Assembly (NCBI RefSeq): GCF_009914755.1
Contig: NC_060929.1
From: the human T2T-CHM13v2.0 reference genome, Homo sapiens
Direction: 5' to 3' (one strand)
Length of the DNA stretch: 64,000 nucleotides
Shown here: piece by piece, positions 15,718 to 32,574 of the stretch
Numbering within the stretch: the stretch's first letter is position 1
Layout: every line of letters starts with the position of its first letter
Notes under the pieces: generated by a model
Seen by the model: only the letters and a program-made list of their open reading frames with translations
The model's database searches: none
What the model was told of the DNA's origin: nothing
Made by a program: the position numbers and the translations under genes

Positions 15718-16021
15718 TTTTTTTTATTTGTTTATTTTTGAGACAGTTTTGCTCTGTCACCCAGGTTGGAATGCAGTGGTGTCATCATGGCTCACTGCAG
15801 CCTCGACCTCCTGGGCTCCGGTGATTTTCTCACCTCAGCCTCCTGAGTAGCTGGGACTATGGGTGCGTGCCACCATGGCCAGCTAACTTTTTAAATTTTT
15901 GGTGGAGATGGGGGTCTCATTATGTTGTCTAGGTTGGCCTTGAACTCCTGGGCTCCAGCAGTCCTCCCGTCTTGGCCTCCCAAAAGGCTAGGATTATAGG
16001 TGTGAGCCACCGCCCCCGGCT
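15718..16021 (-). mobile_element. AluJ
   Basis: Full Alu; TSD CTGAGGGTATTTT. Confidence 0.9.
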
Positions 16022-16185
16022 TCTGAGGGTATTTTCTTATTTCCATGCTGTGCAATTTTGGGAACAAGCACCTATCTTGGGAAAGAAGCAGCTTCATTTT
16101 ATTATCCTAGTCATTTAAGCTTAAATTCTCAGTTTTCTTTGATTCACCCCTTTAAATCTTCCAAGCAAAATTATCTCTGTCATTT

Positions 16186-16525
<340 letters not shown>

Positions 16526-17397
16526 TAGTCTAAAAACCTATCAGCTAGTGTCTGATTTACCAGTTTATCTACTCTGTTAATCATGTCCTACAGCGCTGAT
16601 TTTATCATTTTACTATATTGATCAAGAACCCCTTTTAGTTGCCCACTGTCTTCTGAATAAAGATTAACTCAATTTGTCATTCAACGTTTGGTCCCTTTGC
16701 TATTTGGTCATCTTTATCTCTTAATAAAACTTTTCTGCTATTGTCGAAAGGGCTTCATTCTGTCCTCTGTTGAATGTAACAGATCAGGAAACTGCCACCA
16801 TCAAGCCCTGCCCACAGGCCTATCTGCCCCATCCACAGGGCAGGCACATTCCCACTGTTTCAACCCTGAGCACAGCCTCTGAGGATTGGATAATGAATGG
16901 TTTTCTTATGATTCCACTGGAAGCAGAGTAAAGGTAGATTCAAACACCCGCTATTCTCTTTGAAAAATTGAAAAAGTCCTAGTTAACCTGTACTGCAGGC
17001 TAATAAGCAGTTTCCCAGGCTCTCCATCTCCAAGATAGAGCCTCTTTTGACCACTGTGCAGTTAAGAAAGTTCTAGGGTATTGACTATTTTAATCCTCAG
17101 ACCCAGAATATTTGGAGGTAGTGGTAGGTAATGTAAGAGAAGGGATTTCTTATCTTGTGTTTTTCAGTGGCTCCCAAATTGAAAAAGAAGCTATGAGTCA
17201 CATATATTTGGAAAGTTATATTCCCCAAATTTATCTTGCCTTTAGGATAACCACATAACTCAATAAATAAAATCCAGGACAGTTCATCCAGAAGGAATAC
17301 AAATAAGTAAGGATGTTTTTGTTGGATAAAGAAAGTCTGACAAAGTAGAGGTAGAAAGCAAGTGTCCTTTTTTCAGGTCATGACTTGGTGATTTTTT

Positions 17398-17450
17398 ACA
17401 CACACAGACACACACATGTACACACACACACAAACACACACACACATACA
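17398..17450 (+). repeat. Interrupted (CA)n microsatellite
   Basis: Direct reading. Confidence 0.9.
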
Positions 17451-18260
17451 TTCTTGTAATGAATTCCACTGTCCCTCCCTCATGTTCCTCGACTCTGTCA
17501 CATTTTCTGCTTGTCATGGTTTAAGGGATACCAGCAATGCATAAGAAAGAGAAATCTGAAGAAATGATAATTCCCAGGCTGCAGCTACATAAAACTGTTA
17601 TCAGAAAGTTTTTCTCTGCCAGGCTCCTGATGAGCTCACAGGTTACTAGCCCTTCTAATTGACTATGCATTCTCTATTTCTATACTCAGGAAATCTGAAG
17701 GATGATGGTGGGGTTGGAGACTAACTCAAGTAAGAGTAAAAACCATTAGAAAACTTTGCTCTAATTTTAGAGCCTGGTGAGTGCTTCAGAAGTGCCTCTT
17801 TCTGTACTTTATCCTTTGAAACAGTGGCAGTAACTGGGACAACTCCAGTTGAGCAATTTCTCTGGCTTCTTTCACTGGAAGCCTATTTGTTTCTTCCTGT
17901 CTGTGATCTTTGTTCTTCTTTTTTTCTGGTAAAACTGCCTCCATGGCAGGGTCAGCCAAACTAAACAGGCCTGATTTACCAGCAGAACACTGGCTTCCAC
18001 TGTTGGGTTAAAGGGCAGAGTTCTGAGTAGCAAAATAATATGATTCAGAGTTCTTCAAAGCAGTGCTTAGCCACTAGGCAGTCCATGAACATTACAAAAT
18101 CTCCATCCTAAAGTAAACAAAAATTGAAAAATGATTATATGTGCAACTAATAGTGAGAAAAACAACAGGAGTGAGACTAAAAGAAATCTGTAATTTCTTC
18201 AAGAATACTTGAACATGCTTTTCCTCTACAACTCTATTTCCCTGAGACTCTCAAGTAGAC

Positions 18261-20595
18261 TGTATTAGTCCCTTCTCACACTGCTATGAAGAAATACCCA
18301 AGACTGGGTAATTTATAAAGGAAAGAGGTTTAATTGGCTCACAGCTCTGCATGGCTGGGAAGGATTCAGAAAACTTACAATCGTGGTGGAAGGGGAAGAA
18401 AACACATTCTTCTTCACATGGCAGCCGGAGAAAGAAGTGCTGAGAAAAGCGGGAAAAGCCCCTTATAAAACCATCACATCTCATAAGAACTCACTTACTA
18501 TCATGAGAACAGCATGAGGGTCATTACCCCCATAAGAACTCACTCGCTATCATGAGAACAGCATGAGGGTCGTTGCCCCCATCATTCATTTAGCTCCCAT
18601 CAGGTCCCTCCCATGATGTGAGGATTATGGGAACTACAATTCAAGATGAGATTTGGGTGAGGACACAGCCAAGCCGTATTATTCTACCCCTGGCCTGTCC
18701 CAAATCTCATGTCCTCACATAAAATACAATCATATCTTTCCAACAGTCCTATCAAGTCTTAACTCATTCCAGCATTAGCTCAAAAGTCCAAGTCCAAAGT
18801 CTCATCTGAGACAAGGCAAGTCCCTTCTGCCTATAAGCCTGTAAAATCAAAAGCAATTTAGCTACTTTGTAGATACAATGGAGGTACAGGCATTGGGTAA
18901 ATACACCCATTCAAAATGAGAGAAATTGACCAAAACAAAGAGGCTACAGGCCCCATGCAAATCTGAAATCCAATAGGGCAGTCATTAAAACTTAAGGTTT
19001 CAAAATCATCTTCTTTGACTCCATGTCTCACATTCAGGGCATGCTGATGCAAGAGGTGGGCTCCCATGGCCTTAGGCTGCTCTGCCTCTGTGGCTTTGTG
19101 GGGTACAGCCCCCCTTCCTGGCTGCTTTTATGGGCTGACATTGAGTGTCTGCAGCTTTTCCAGGTGCATGGTGCAAGATGTTAGTGGATCTACCATTCTG
19201 GGGTTTGGAGGACAGTGGCCCTCTTTTCACAGCTCCACTAGGCAGTACCCCAGTGGGGACTCTGTATGGGGGCTCTGACCTCACATTTCCCTTCTGCACT
19301 GCCCTAGCAGAGATTCTTCATGAGAGCTTTGCCCCTGAAGCAAACTTCTGCCTGGACATCCAGGTATTTCCATACATCCTCTGAAATCGAGGCAGAGGTT
19401 CCCAAACCTTAATTCTTGACATCTGTTGACCTGCAAGCCCAACACCACATGTAAGCCACCAAGGCTTGGGGCTTGCACACTCTGAAGCAACGACCTGAGC
19501 TGTACATTGGCCCCTTTTAGCCATGGTTGGAGCTGAAGCAGCTGGGATGCAGGGAACCCTGTCTTGAGGCTGCACAGAGCAGGGTGGCCCTGGGCCCTGT
19601 CCATGAAACCATTTTTCCCTCCTACGCCTCCAGGTCTGTGATGGAAGGGGCTGCCATGAAGGTCTCTGATATGTCCTGGAGACATATTCCCCATTGTCTT
19701 GGTGATTAAAATTCAGCTCCTTTTTACTTATGCAAATTTCTGCAGCCAGCTTGAATTTCTTCCCAGAAAATAGGATTTCCTTTTCTATCGCATCATCAGG
19801 CTGCAAATTTTCCAAACTTTATGTTCTGCTTTTTATTGAATGCTTTGCCACTTAGAAATTTCTTCCTCCAGATACCGTAAATAATCTCTCTCAAGTTCAA
19901 AGTTTCACAGATCTCTAGGTCAGGGGCAAAATGCTGCCAGTATCTGCATAGCAAGAGTCACCTTTGCTCCAGTTCCCAACAAGTTCCTCATCTCCATCTG
20001 AGACCACCTCAGCCTGGACTTCATTACCCATATCACTGGTCAGCATTTTAGTCAAAGCCATTTAACAAGTCTCTAGGAAGTTCCAAACTTTCCCACATTT
20101 TCCTGTCTTCTTCTGAGCCCTCTAAACTGTTCTAACCTCTGCCTTTTACCCAGTTCCAAAGTCGCTTTCCCATTTTTAGGTATCTTTACAACAGCAACCC
20201 ACTCTCTGCAGTACAAATTTACTGTATTAGTCCCTTCACATGCTGCTGTGAAGAAATACCCAAGGCCGGGTAATTTATAAAGGAAAAAGGTTTAATCGAC
20301 TCACAGTTCTGCATGGCTGAAAAGGCCTCAGGAAACTTACAATTACCACGGGAGGGGAAGCAAAAACGTCCTTCTTCACAAGGCAGCAGGAGAGAGAAGC
20401 GCTGAGCAAAGGGAGAAAAGCTTCTTATAAAACCGTAAGATCTTGTGAGAACTCACTCACTGTCACAAGAACAGCATGAGGGTAACTGCGCCATCATTCA
20501 ATTACTTTCCACTGGGTCCCTCCCATGACATGTGGGGATTATGGGAACTATAATTCAAGATGATATTTGTGTGAGGACACAGCCAAACCATATCA
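18261..20595 (-). mobile_element. Full-length THE1 (THE1C/D-like) MaLR element: LTR 18261-18681, internal ~18682-20222, LTR 20223-20595
   Basis: Two similar LTRs starting tgtattagtcc on +. The internal region gives THE1-int ORF remnants (e.g. 19318-19815). Flanks tagac/gggac are a degenerate 5-bp TSD. Confidence 0.92.
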
Positions 20596-21140
20596 GGGAC
20601 TTTCTCACTTGAGTAACCTGCCTGTGTTTGAACTATAGAAATGAACCACAGAGGGCCCTGGGGGACTGACTGGGAAGAGAAGTATCAAGGAGGACTAGTG
20701 ACAACTCTCTGAGGGGGAATGGTAGGAATATTTGTTGGGGATGAAAAAGAGATCTAAATGTGTCTCCTGTTACAAAGCCTGACTGTGGTGTACTGTATGT
20801 TATGAGAGCAAGTAAGAAGACTTTGATGGGGTCTGGCAAGAGAAACAACTATGAAACAGGCAGAGCAGGAGCAGCAGATGCTGAGCTGAGGTCTCCTGAA
20901 TTAGAGGGGCCACCTCATCTTCAGTCTCCTATGAAGGGCAGCAATATTCACAGGGCCAGGAATATGGCCACATGGGGCTGAGATCATCAGCTGGGTTTAT
21001 ATACCAACCATTGAGTTTATGCTAATATTTGTGATTATAATGATAAATTTGCTAATATCATAATATTTATATTGCATAGTTAACAATATAAATATTGATT
21101 AAACAATGATTCTGTGCCGGGCTTCTAAATGCTTTACTTG

Positions 21141-21492
21141 GGCTATAGTATGAATGTTTGTGTTTCTCCCTAATTCATTTGTTGAAACCTAGTGCCCAAG
21201 GTGATGGTATTAAGAGATGGAGCCTTTGGAAGTTGATTAGGTTCCACCCTCATGAATGGGATTAGTGCCCTTATAATAGAGGCCTGAGGAAGTTTGTCTG
21301 CCTCTTCCACCATGTGAGGACACAGCGAGAAGGAACACAGAAAGAAGGAACATATGAAGAATGAGCCCTCACCGACACCAAATCTACTGGCACCTTGATC
21401 TTGGACTTCTCAGTCCCAGAACTGTAAACATAAATTCTGTGGCTTGCAGATTACTAAGATATTTTGTCTCAGCATCCTGAATGGACTAACAT
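21141..21492 (+). mobile_element. MLT1A-like solo LTR
   Basis: gctatagtatgaatgtttgtg...ccctcatgaatgggattagtgcccttata...ggactaaca. Confidence 0.75.
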
Positions 21493-23458
21493 ATTTAGTC
21501 AGATAATAATAATCAAATTATTATCCTGATCTTACAGTTGTGGAAATTGAAGTACAGAGAGGTTAAGTGGTTTTTCGAAGTCAAATGGCTAGTAAGTGGT
21601 GGAACCAGGATTTGTGAGAAAGAGAGTCTTAGAACAAGGTGAATCTAAGATAAGGGTTTAGACAGTTAAAGGTTTCAGAGGCAATGTGTGTTTTGTGTGG
21701 CCATTCTACCTACTTTCGATCAATCAATCTATGAGAAAGGCCCTATGCTGCATGCCAGGAAGGGGGCTGTGGTGGAGATATACAAATACCCAACAAATTC
21801 CTATGTGAGTGAATTTACACTCCTGTCGAGGATGTCCTATAGTTCTGTAGTGGCTCAACCCAAATTCTATTAATACTTTTTGCCCTACATTCTGAAACTG
21901 TCCTGTGAAATACCATAATTACTAGCTATACATGACTATTTAAATTTCTGTTAATTAAAATTAATTAAATATTAGGTTTGATTTTTAAAAATTGATAAAT
22001 AATAAAATAATTAAAATTAGATAAAATTAAAAATTGAATTCCTCAACTACCTACATTTCAAATGCTCAGTTGATACACATGGCTAGTGACTACCATGTTG
22101 GTCACTAAAGAAAGAAAAAATGATTTCCATCGTTGCAGAAGTTATATTGGATAGCACTATTTCACAACGTCATTTGACTTAAAATAATCTGCCAAAAGAG
22201 GTCAACTAAACCCATGTCTTTTGCCTTCTTTTTTTTTGCTCTGTTTCACATATGTTGTGCTTGGGAATAGCTTCTGACTCCACTAAGAAGTTAATGAAAG
22301 CCATTACCCAGAAAATGCACCTATGCGATTCTATACAGAAATTCGTATACAACTTTGCTAGGATCATGGACTCTCTGTGTAACAGTTACCTACTGGTGCC
22401 TAGCAAATTACCTCAAAACCCAGTGGCTTAAAACACTAAAGTTTTATTATCTCACACAGTTTCATGGTTCAGGAATTTGGGAATAGCTTGGTTAATGATT
22501 CTGGTTAAAGATTCTCATTAGATTTTGCTTGAATTGCTAGATTTTGCTAATAAAAATACAAGATGCTCAGCTAAATTTGAATTCATGATAAACAAGAAAT
22601 AGTTTTTTAGTGTAATATATAACTAGGATATATTTTTACCAAAAAATTCAACATTTATCTGAAATTCAAATTTAGCTGGGCAGGTGTATTTTATCTCACA
22701 CTCCTAGGTTTCAGTCAATGTGTGAGTGAGCTGGGGTTTCAGTCGTCTGTAGACTAATGGGCTCTTGGGTCCATTCCGGAGATGATTCACTTACACGCCT
22801 TGCAGCTCAGTGCTCATTGTTTGCAGGAGTTTTTTGCTACCTGGACCTCTCCACAGGGCTGCTTGAGTGTCCTTAGGACACATCAGCTAGCTTCTTCCAG
22901 AATGAATGAATCAAGAGAATGCACTATTACTTATGACCTTGTCTTCCAAGTCATAGTCCATCATTTCTGAAATATTGTATTGGTTGCACAGGTCAGTTTT
23001 ATTCATTGTAGGAGGGGACTTCCCAGGGGCATGAATACCAGGAAGCAGGAATCACTGGGGCTATCTGGGAGGCTGGCTCCATTTCTTGGAATTTATACAT
23101 AGATTTTATAGAATATGAGCACCCTGAAGGCACAATTTTTCTATTTTCCCTCCCTGTTGTAGTTCCAGTGGCTATAACAATGCCTTATAAAACTGTAGGC
23201 ATTCAATAAATATTTGTTAAATGAATAAAGAAATGGACTCCTAGTCCATAATCTCTTACCCAAAAGATTCTACTGCTCCCTAGGTTTTGTAGAAACAAAG
23301 ATGTTTCCCCAAACAGCTTGGAGATGAAGATATTAGAATATAAGTAATAAAAATTTGCACGGACATTCTAAAGTAATATATTAATAATGGTGCTAATAAA
23401 TGATCATGATGGTGCTTTTAAATGAGTGCCAGTATCTGTGTTAGAAACTTCTTTTTAG

Positions 23459-23772
<314 letters not shown>

Positions 23773-24459
23773 TTAGGTATGTAATTTCATGTATGTAACC
23801 TTTCACTTATGCATTGTGAAAAACAAGAAAGAATAATAATCCAGATACTATGAAGAAATGAACGCACTCACACACACACACACACGTGCTTGTGTGCGTG
23901 CATATGCACTGTTGTTCTGGGATAAAAGTAGAAAGAAAATGATGATATTTAATAGAATGCCAGACAGGTTCTTTTGTAGAAAAGTACCTGGCATACTCTT
24001 GACACATAAATTACAACCTGGGAGAGAATAGGCAGGTTAAAGTTTATCATAAGACTGATTTTAAAAAGAGGAGTGTGGGTAGTAATTCAAAGCTGGCAAA
24101 GATCTGAGAGGAAAGGGCTACATGCGGAAAATAACAGTGGACCTCTTTTTAGTGGCAGCAGAATTATGTGGGTCAAATTCTGCCGCTTTTTGATATCTGC
24201 TGGGACTTACTTTCTCAAGACAGAGGGCTAACCTAGGCAAAGCCATGTGGCTGTCACGATCCAAATCACAGGTTATCCCTGAAGTGAACTTGTGGGATTT
24301 GCTTTTTGCTAATGGAAGCCACCAAGGAGATTCTAGAGAGGAAGAAATATACCACCACTTCTATATCCCCATCGTAGGCAGCATCTCTTTCCTCAAGATG
24401 CTCCAAGTTTGTGAGGTAATAGGATGAAGACAGGAGTCAGATATAGGAAAAGCCAGCAG

Positions 24460-24465
24460 TTTATT
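24460..24465 (-). terminator. MROH2B polyadenylation signal AATAAA
   Basis: tttatt on + strand, 10 nt after the MROH2B stop codon in transcript orientation. Confidence 0.75.
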
Positions 24466-24475
24466 TCTTGATGGC

Positions 24476-24703
<228 letters not shown>

Positions 24704-24904
24704 TCATGCTCACATTTTATCCTAAAAGGTAGGATGTGGAACTACAAGAAATGATTTTAACATTGAAATAAGGGAAGAGAAGGCCCTGACCTTGTGATCA
24801 GTAGGTTTAGGCAATTGGAAAATCGTAGTCTATTGGTGTTTCTGATGCCTGCAAAGGGCTGGAGCTGGAGATTGCTTTGTACCCTGGAGAAATTCTAGTG
24901 TCTA

Positions 24905-25123
<219 letters not shown>

Positions 25124-26020
25124 TTACTGATTTCATTATAGAGGAAGAAGCCATGAAAAGTATAGCAGGTTAAACTCTGCACCTGGTGAGAAGGTAAATG
25201 GTAGGCTGGTGAATGAGCAAACTATATGACTTCCTTTGCACCCCCTAGAATGATGTCAGGGTGACTTCTATTGGGTCCCGAGTGCCATGTCTGCAAGTAG
25301 TCACTTATCCAGAGTATTTGGCAGAGTTCACACAATGATCTTCTAAGGAGGCTAGTTGTTGTTGGGATTTCAAATGTGTGTAAGATAGGGTCTCTGTCTT
25401 CAAAAATTTCATAATGTGTAGGTGGGGGGATCATATGTATGATTCAAGAAGGAATCTTCAGATTTTTAATTTGGCCTTAAAGGTGGTGAAGGGAGTGGGC
25501 CTGTTGTCTGTGGGCTGAATTAGTTGGAACAGGCTTCAAAGTAAGACTTAGAATTTCATGATAGCAGGATCTTTAGAGATTTACTTATGTTTTATTTTAT
25601 ACATCAGACAGAGAGGTAACATAAAGTTAAGTCAATTTCCAGAATCACATAGCAGAGCCAGGGGCTGCTGGCCCCCACATGAACATACTTCCCACTTGTA
25701 TCATGTTGCCAAAGCTCTCAGCTTGAACTGAGCTTTGGATATTGAGTATGGGTTATCTTATGGGATGAGGTGAAGAAGTGTTTATGTAAGGGCAGCAGCT
25801 GGGAGCAAAGATCTGGGGAAAAGAAGGAGCAAGGACTTGGAGCCAGAAGGAGCATGAAGGGCTCAGATGGGAGGAGAATGAGTGTAGGTGAGTCAGGAGA
25901 GGTTATGAGTTTTCACTGCAAAAGGAAGCAGGTTTCTTTGAGGGAGGATGTTACATGACGTAAGATAAAAGCCCTTTCTGGGCTTTAATAAAAAAGTTAT
26001 ACCAGTCCTACTAGTGTTCA

Positions 26021-26203
<183 letters not shown>

Positions 26204-26631
26204 CTAGAAGAGATGTGAATTTCAAAGAGGGCAACTGGAAAGTGAACCTTTGTGACATTTGGCATCCTATAGGTCCTCAGAACGGATTTGTAAAGGCCAG
26301 TGAGCACTCACACAGCCATAAATTAATTGGCTGAAAATTGTCTTATGGGTATTTTGATCTACATTTAATCAGGAAGCCATCAGAGTTTAAGGGATTAATC
26401 AACAGATATGAATTTTAGGAACCAAGGAGAATATATCCCAGTCAGGACTTGGGAATGGAGCAGAGGGTCCTGTAGCAGGATACCTCTATGTCACTATATC
26501 CTGTGAAATCAGGATATCACTGCCATCCTTCCAAGGCAGTTCTGGCTCTGGCCAGAAATTCCTTGCTACATTGTTTGCCCTTCTGCGATTTGTCTAGACC
26601 CTTGTCCTGCCTTTTTTGGAGGCGGCATCTA

Positions 26632-27293
<662 letters not shown>

Positions 27294-27853
27294 TCAGAGG
27301 CCATTCCCTGCTAGCACACTCTTGGCTCTCATCCCACCCTTCCCGCTTCAGCAAAAGAAGGCTGGAACCCAGGCACTTGTCCATCATAGTCACGGCCTCT
27401 AAATGTTCCAAGAACTTGCTTTCTTTCCCTGAAGCTTTCTCTCCATACTACATGAGTTTAAAAAACCCTGGGTCTGGGGTTTATGTGATGCCAGAGAATT
27501 GATTTCTGTCTTTGAGTAGCCAGTGGGGAAGTGTGACCAGGACCACAGGAATGATACACAGGGGTACTCATAGAGAAAGCCAGGGAGGGTTTCTGCTTGT
27601 TATGTATTTTACTTGGTTGCGTTACTAGCCTAGAATTATGGGACCTCTAATCTTAATTGTCCAAGGCTTGGTACTATTCTCCATGACACCAAATATTTTC
27701 TAAAGGGATTACAGGCAGCTTGGGAATTTGGGCCTTGGTTCTCAGAGAGGTTAAACACAGAGGTGCCTAGCTCTACTCTTGAGTATGTGAAATTATGGAA
27801 CTTCCTTGTTTTTGGTCCAGGATGGCAGGCGATGATTTTAGGAAGCCAAGAGA

Positions 27854-28209
<356 letters not shown>

Positions 28210-29378
28210 TCATTGGAGTTACGTTTCAGAGTTCCGACAGGGAAGAAACAAAGTGAGATGAATTTCATGGAGGTTTTTTTATTTTTAGACCCAGAAAACT
28301 AGTTTAAAATACCCATATGAACAAAAAGGGATTAAAGAAAAAGCAGTCCTGAATAGCAGAATATTATTTAGATAAACAATAAAGTTAATATAGATCTTCT
28401 AAAAAATGATGGCTTGTTGGGAAGAGGCCAGAAAAGCTCAGATGTGACTTTGTATAATGAAAATGAAAGTAGAAACACATTTTTTAGATTTATTAGGAAT
28501 AAGGTCAGGATACATTTTTTAAAAGATACCTCTTTAGAAAGAGGAAGCTAACCAAAAACAAGGTACCAAAAAGGTAGAGAGACATTTAGTTAAAAAAGCT
28601 TGAATTTTGCAAAATCAATGAGCTAATGATAGGTCCAGGAACAATCAACCAATCGAGATGATGAAAAATCAGAAAGAAAAAGTGGCAAAAGGATTTTGGG
28701 TGCTGGGAGAAATATTAGAGAACGTCTAGTCCAATGTCCTCATGTTCACTTGAGAACATGGAGTCACAGAGGGTAAAGCGATTGCTCAGGGTGACAGTGT
28801 GGGGAATAGTAGCAAGAAGGGAATGGAGCATGGGGCAGCAGCCACATTTTCTGTTCTACCATTTCATTCAAGTGTCACCATGTTTTGAAAAGTCTAAGAA
28901 AGTATTTAAATATTGAAAGAAACAAAGGAAGAAAACTTGGAGATTATAGAAAGCTATGCTTAATCTACATAAAAATATTGGGGCAATAGATCATAGAGTT
29001 AAATATACTTATGTAAAAATGGCATTACTGGAGAACAAATAAGAGTCAAAGTTTTGTCCAACTTTACTTTTATGCAAACGTGATGGAGTTGACACCTATT
29101 AGAGATGAGCAAGGTCTGAGCTAACAATCAGCAAGGCTTTAGCACATTTTATCCTTCTCTGATGACACTGGGCAACATTATCTTGACCACTAAATTGTTA
29201 AGTGGACTTGTGATTTACTGGAGGCTCAGATCTAAGAGAATTATTATTGGATCAACAACAATCCAGGAAACTTAACAGCTGGGGTTCTGAAGGGGTGACT
29301 TCAGCCCTGAACAACGAAGAAAAAGAATATCTTTGTTATTTTTACCCCAGTAAGCATTTTTGAGGACAAGATAATTAA

Positions 29379-29700
<322 letters not shown>

Positions 29701-30754
29701 TAATTGGAGGAAATAGTTGGAAACAAGCAGAAAGATGTTTTCAAAGGCCAGGTCTAGGCTAGCACATAGACAAGAAAAACTGCAAAAATACGAAACTGAA
29801 GAATGCTGTGGGCATATATTACAGACTAAAATCTAGAGGTTCATATAGTTAGCATGCCAAAATCAGGAAGGGCAAAATTAAAAAAAATAATGGAGCAAAG
29901 AAATGGGAAAAGGTTGGATTTGAGAGGTAATATATCCTTAGATTCTATTCAATACTTCTTGAGCCTCATTTAGAGTTCCAACTCAGTCACAGGCTTGCAA
30001 AATATTTAATGAGCAGAAAAATTAGGTTTATGATGAATAATGAAAGAAATGAAGACTTCTCAAGTCTGCAGACTGTAAGGTAAATAGGTAATCAAATAAA
30101 GCCTTAATGTTTATGAAGAATGCACTAGAGAAGGCAACTAGCAGTTTTCCATCTCCTCTGACAATACTACATGAGGAAGCAGGTTTAGATTACAAAATAA
30201 TAGGTTTAGGTTAAAAATAGATTTTTACATTGATGGCAATGAATAACCAAAAAATAAATACTAAAATGTGCTTCCTGGAAGGCATAGAGGAAAATGACCC
30301 TTCTCTGCCTAGGACTGCTGACTGATCTTTTTTGAAATTGCGATTATGGAGTACATCAAAAGCTGGCAAACGTTTTCTCTAAAAGGCCAGACAGTAAATA
30401 GTTTAAACTCTGTGGATCCTAAGATCTCTGTAACAGCCAATCAACCCTTTCTGAGGGGTGAGGAAACCGGGAAATTTATCTACAAACTCTTGTTTCTTAT
30501 TGTTTGAGGGTCCTTCCTAGGGCATTTCTTCCCCCAACAATTCTGGCTCAACTAGCTTAGATCAATCATGACTGCCAGGCCATAGAGCACCCTCAGGCAG
30601 AGAGATACAGGAAGCCAACAGCTTGTATAGAGATTGTCTGCAGGTGACCTGTCTGGGGCAGGCCAAGGAATATGGGTGGGACACTGACAATGTCTTCTGT
30701 GAGCACTACCTAAACCTTTTTCTGTTCACTCACTTCTGGGGAGGGAAGTTCCTA

Positions 30755-30952
<198 letters not shown>

Positions 30953-31161
30953 CTATTTTGAAATAAGACCTCTTAATCTTGAAAATTGTTCTATGCGTAT
31001 CTGGAAGAGGGTAGGAGTCCTCAGACAAGAGGACTGAAATTTTGTCAGGGTCACATGTAGTTCAACCGAAGGACTACCACTTCAGCAATGTATCTGGATT
31101 TCCAATTAATTTGTATGCAACAACTAGGCGTGGGTTATTAAATCATTATTTCAAAACTCTA

Positions 31162-31353
<192 letters not shown>

Positions 31354-31837
31354 TCAACACACTCCTCCCGTTTAGTTAAGGGCGTGGCCCCTCCTTCAGG
31401 AGAGTGCCAAAGACATCACAAGTACAATTAAAGAGAGGACCCCACTGCTTGTGCAGCGGAGGAGGAAGCCCTCTGGTGAACCAGCAAGCCTTGCTGAAGC
31501 TGAGCTCTAGATATGAGCAGCGCACAGGTCAAGCTTGCATGGTGATGTAAACCCGGTTACCTGCATAACAGATGTCTAGTCTCAATGGAAAATGGGGCAG
31601 GGAAAACAGGAATGACTGATAGTTTTCCTTCTCTGGATTGGCTGGAATAGTCTTCAGGCCGGAATTTGAAGCGTCAGTGCTACAATGCTTTGTTTGATCC
31701 CTCACAGATTTATTGTCCCCCTTTCTCTGCCTTCTGCAAACTAGAGGGCAGGAGGTGGGTGAGGTGGTTTATTTTCCTCTCTCACCCCCTGCTTAGGTAC
31801 CATATATCTGGCAGTAGCTGGTCTCTCCTCTATGAAA

Positions 31838-31851
31838 CCCCCCCCCCCCCC
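31838..31851 (-). repeat. G14 homopolymer in MROH2B transcript orientation (C14 on +)
   Basis: Direct reading. Confidence 0.9.
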
Positions 31852-31914
31852 TTGAAGTCTCTCTTCCCTGGTTCCAGTGCACACTGGGCTCCAGACCATA
31901 AGAGAAATACCCTA

Positions 31915-32103
<189 letters not shown>

Positions 32104-32174
32104 TTACTAAACAATGGAGGAAATCTTAGTCTGTTTGTTCATCAGGCAAGTAATTTGTCTAAAAAGGAATGCTT

Positions 32175-32494
32175 GGCTGGGGGTGGTGGCTCATGCCTGT
32201 AATCCTAGAACTTTGGGAGGCCGAGGCAGGTGGATTGCCTGAGCTCAGGAGTTCGAGACCAGCCTGGGCAACATGGTGAAACCCCGTATCTACTAAAATA
32301 CAAAAAATTAGCCAGGCATGGTGGTGTGCGCCTGTAGTCCCAGCTATTCAGGAGGCTGAGGCAGGAGAATTGTTTGAACCCAGGAGACAGAGGTTGCAGT
32401 CAGCCGAGATCGCGCCACTGCACACTCCAGCCTGGGCGAAGAGTAAGATTCTGTCTCCAAAAAAAAAAAAAAAGAAAAAAGAAAAAAGAAAAAA
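32175..32494 (+). mobile_element. AluS
   Basis: Full Alu; TSD-like AAAAAGG(A/G)ATGCTTG. Confidence 0.92.
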
Positions 32495-32574
32495 GGGATG
32501 CTTGATGAAAGCCCACCAAGGCTTAAATTTTAAAATGGCCTATCCAATTGTCCAATTTAAATGCAGTTTGTCTA

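Noticed and set aside
18858-19815. Cluster of 60-165-aa ORFs
   Set aside because: These are degenerate THE1 internal (MaLR) ORF remnants with frameshifts; there is no evidence of a domesticated gene.
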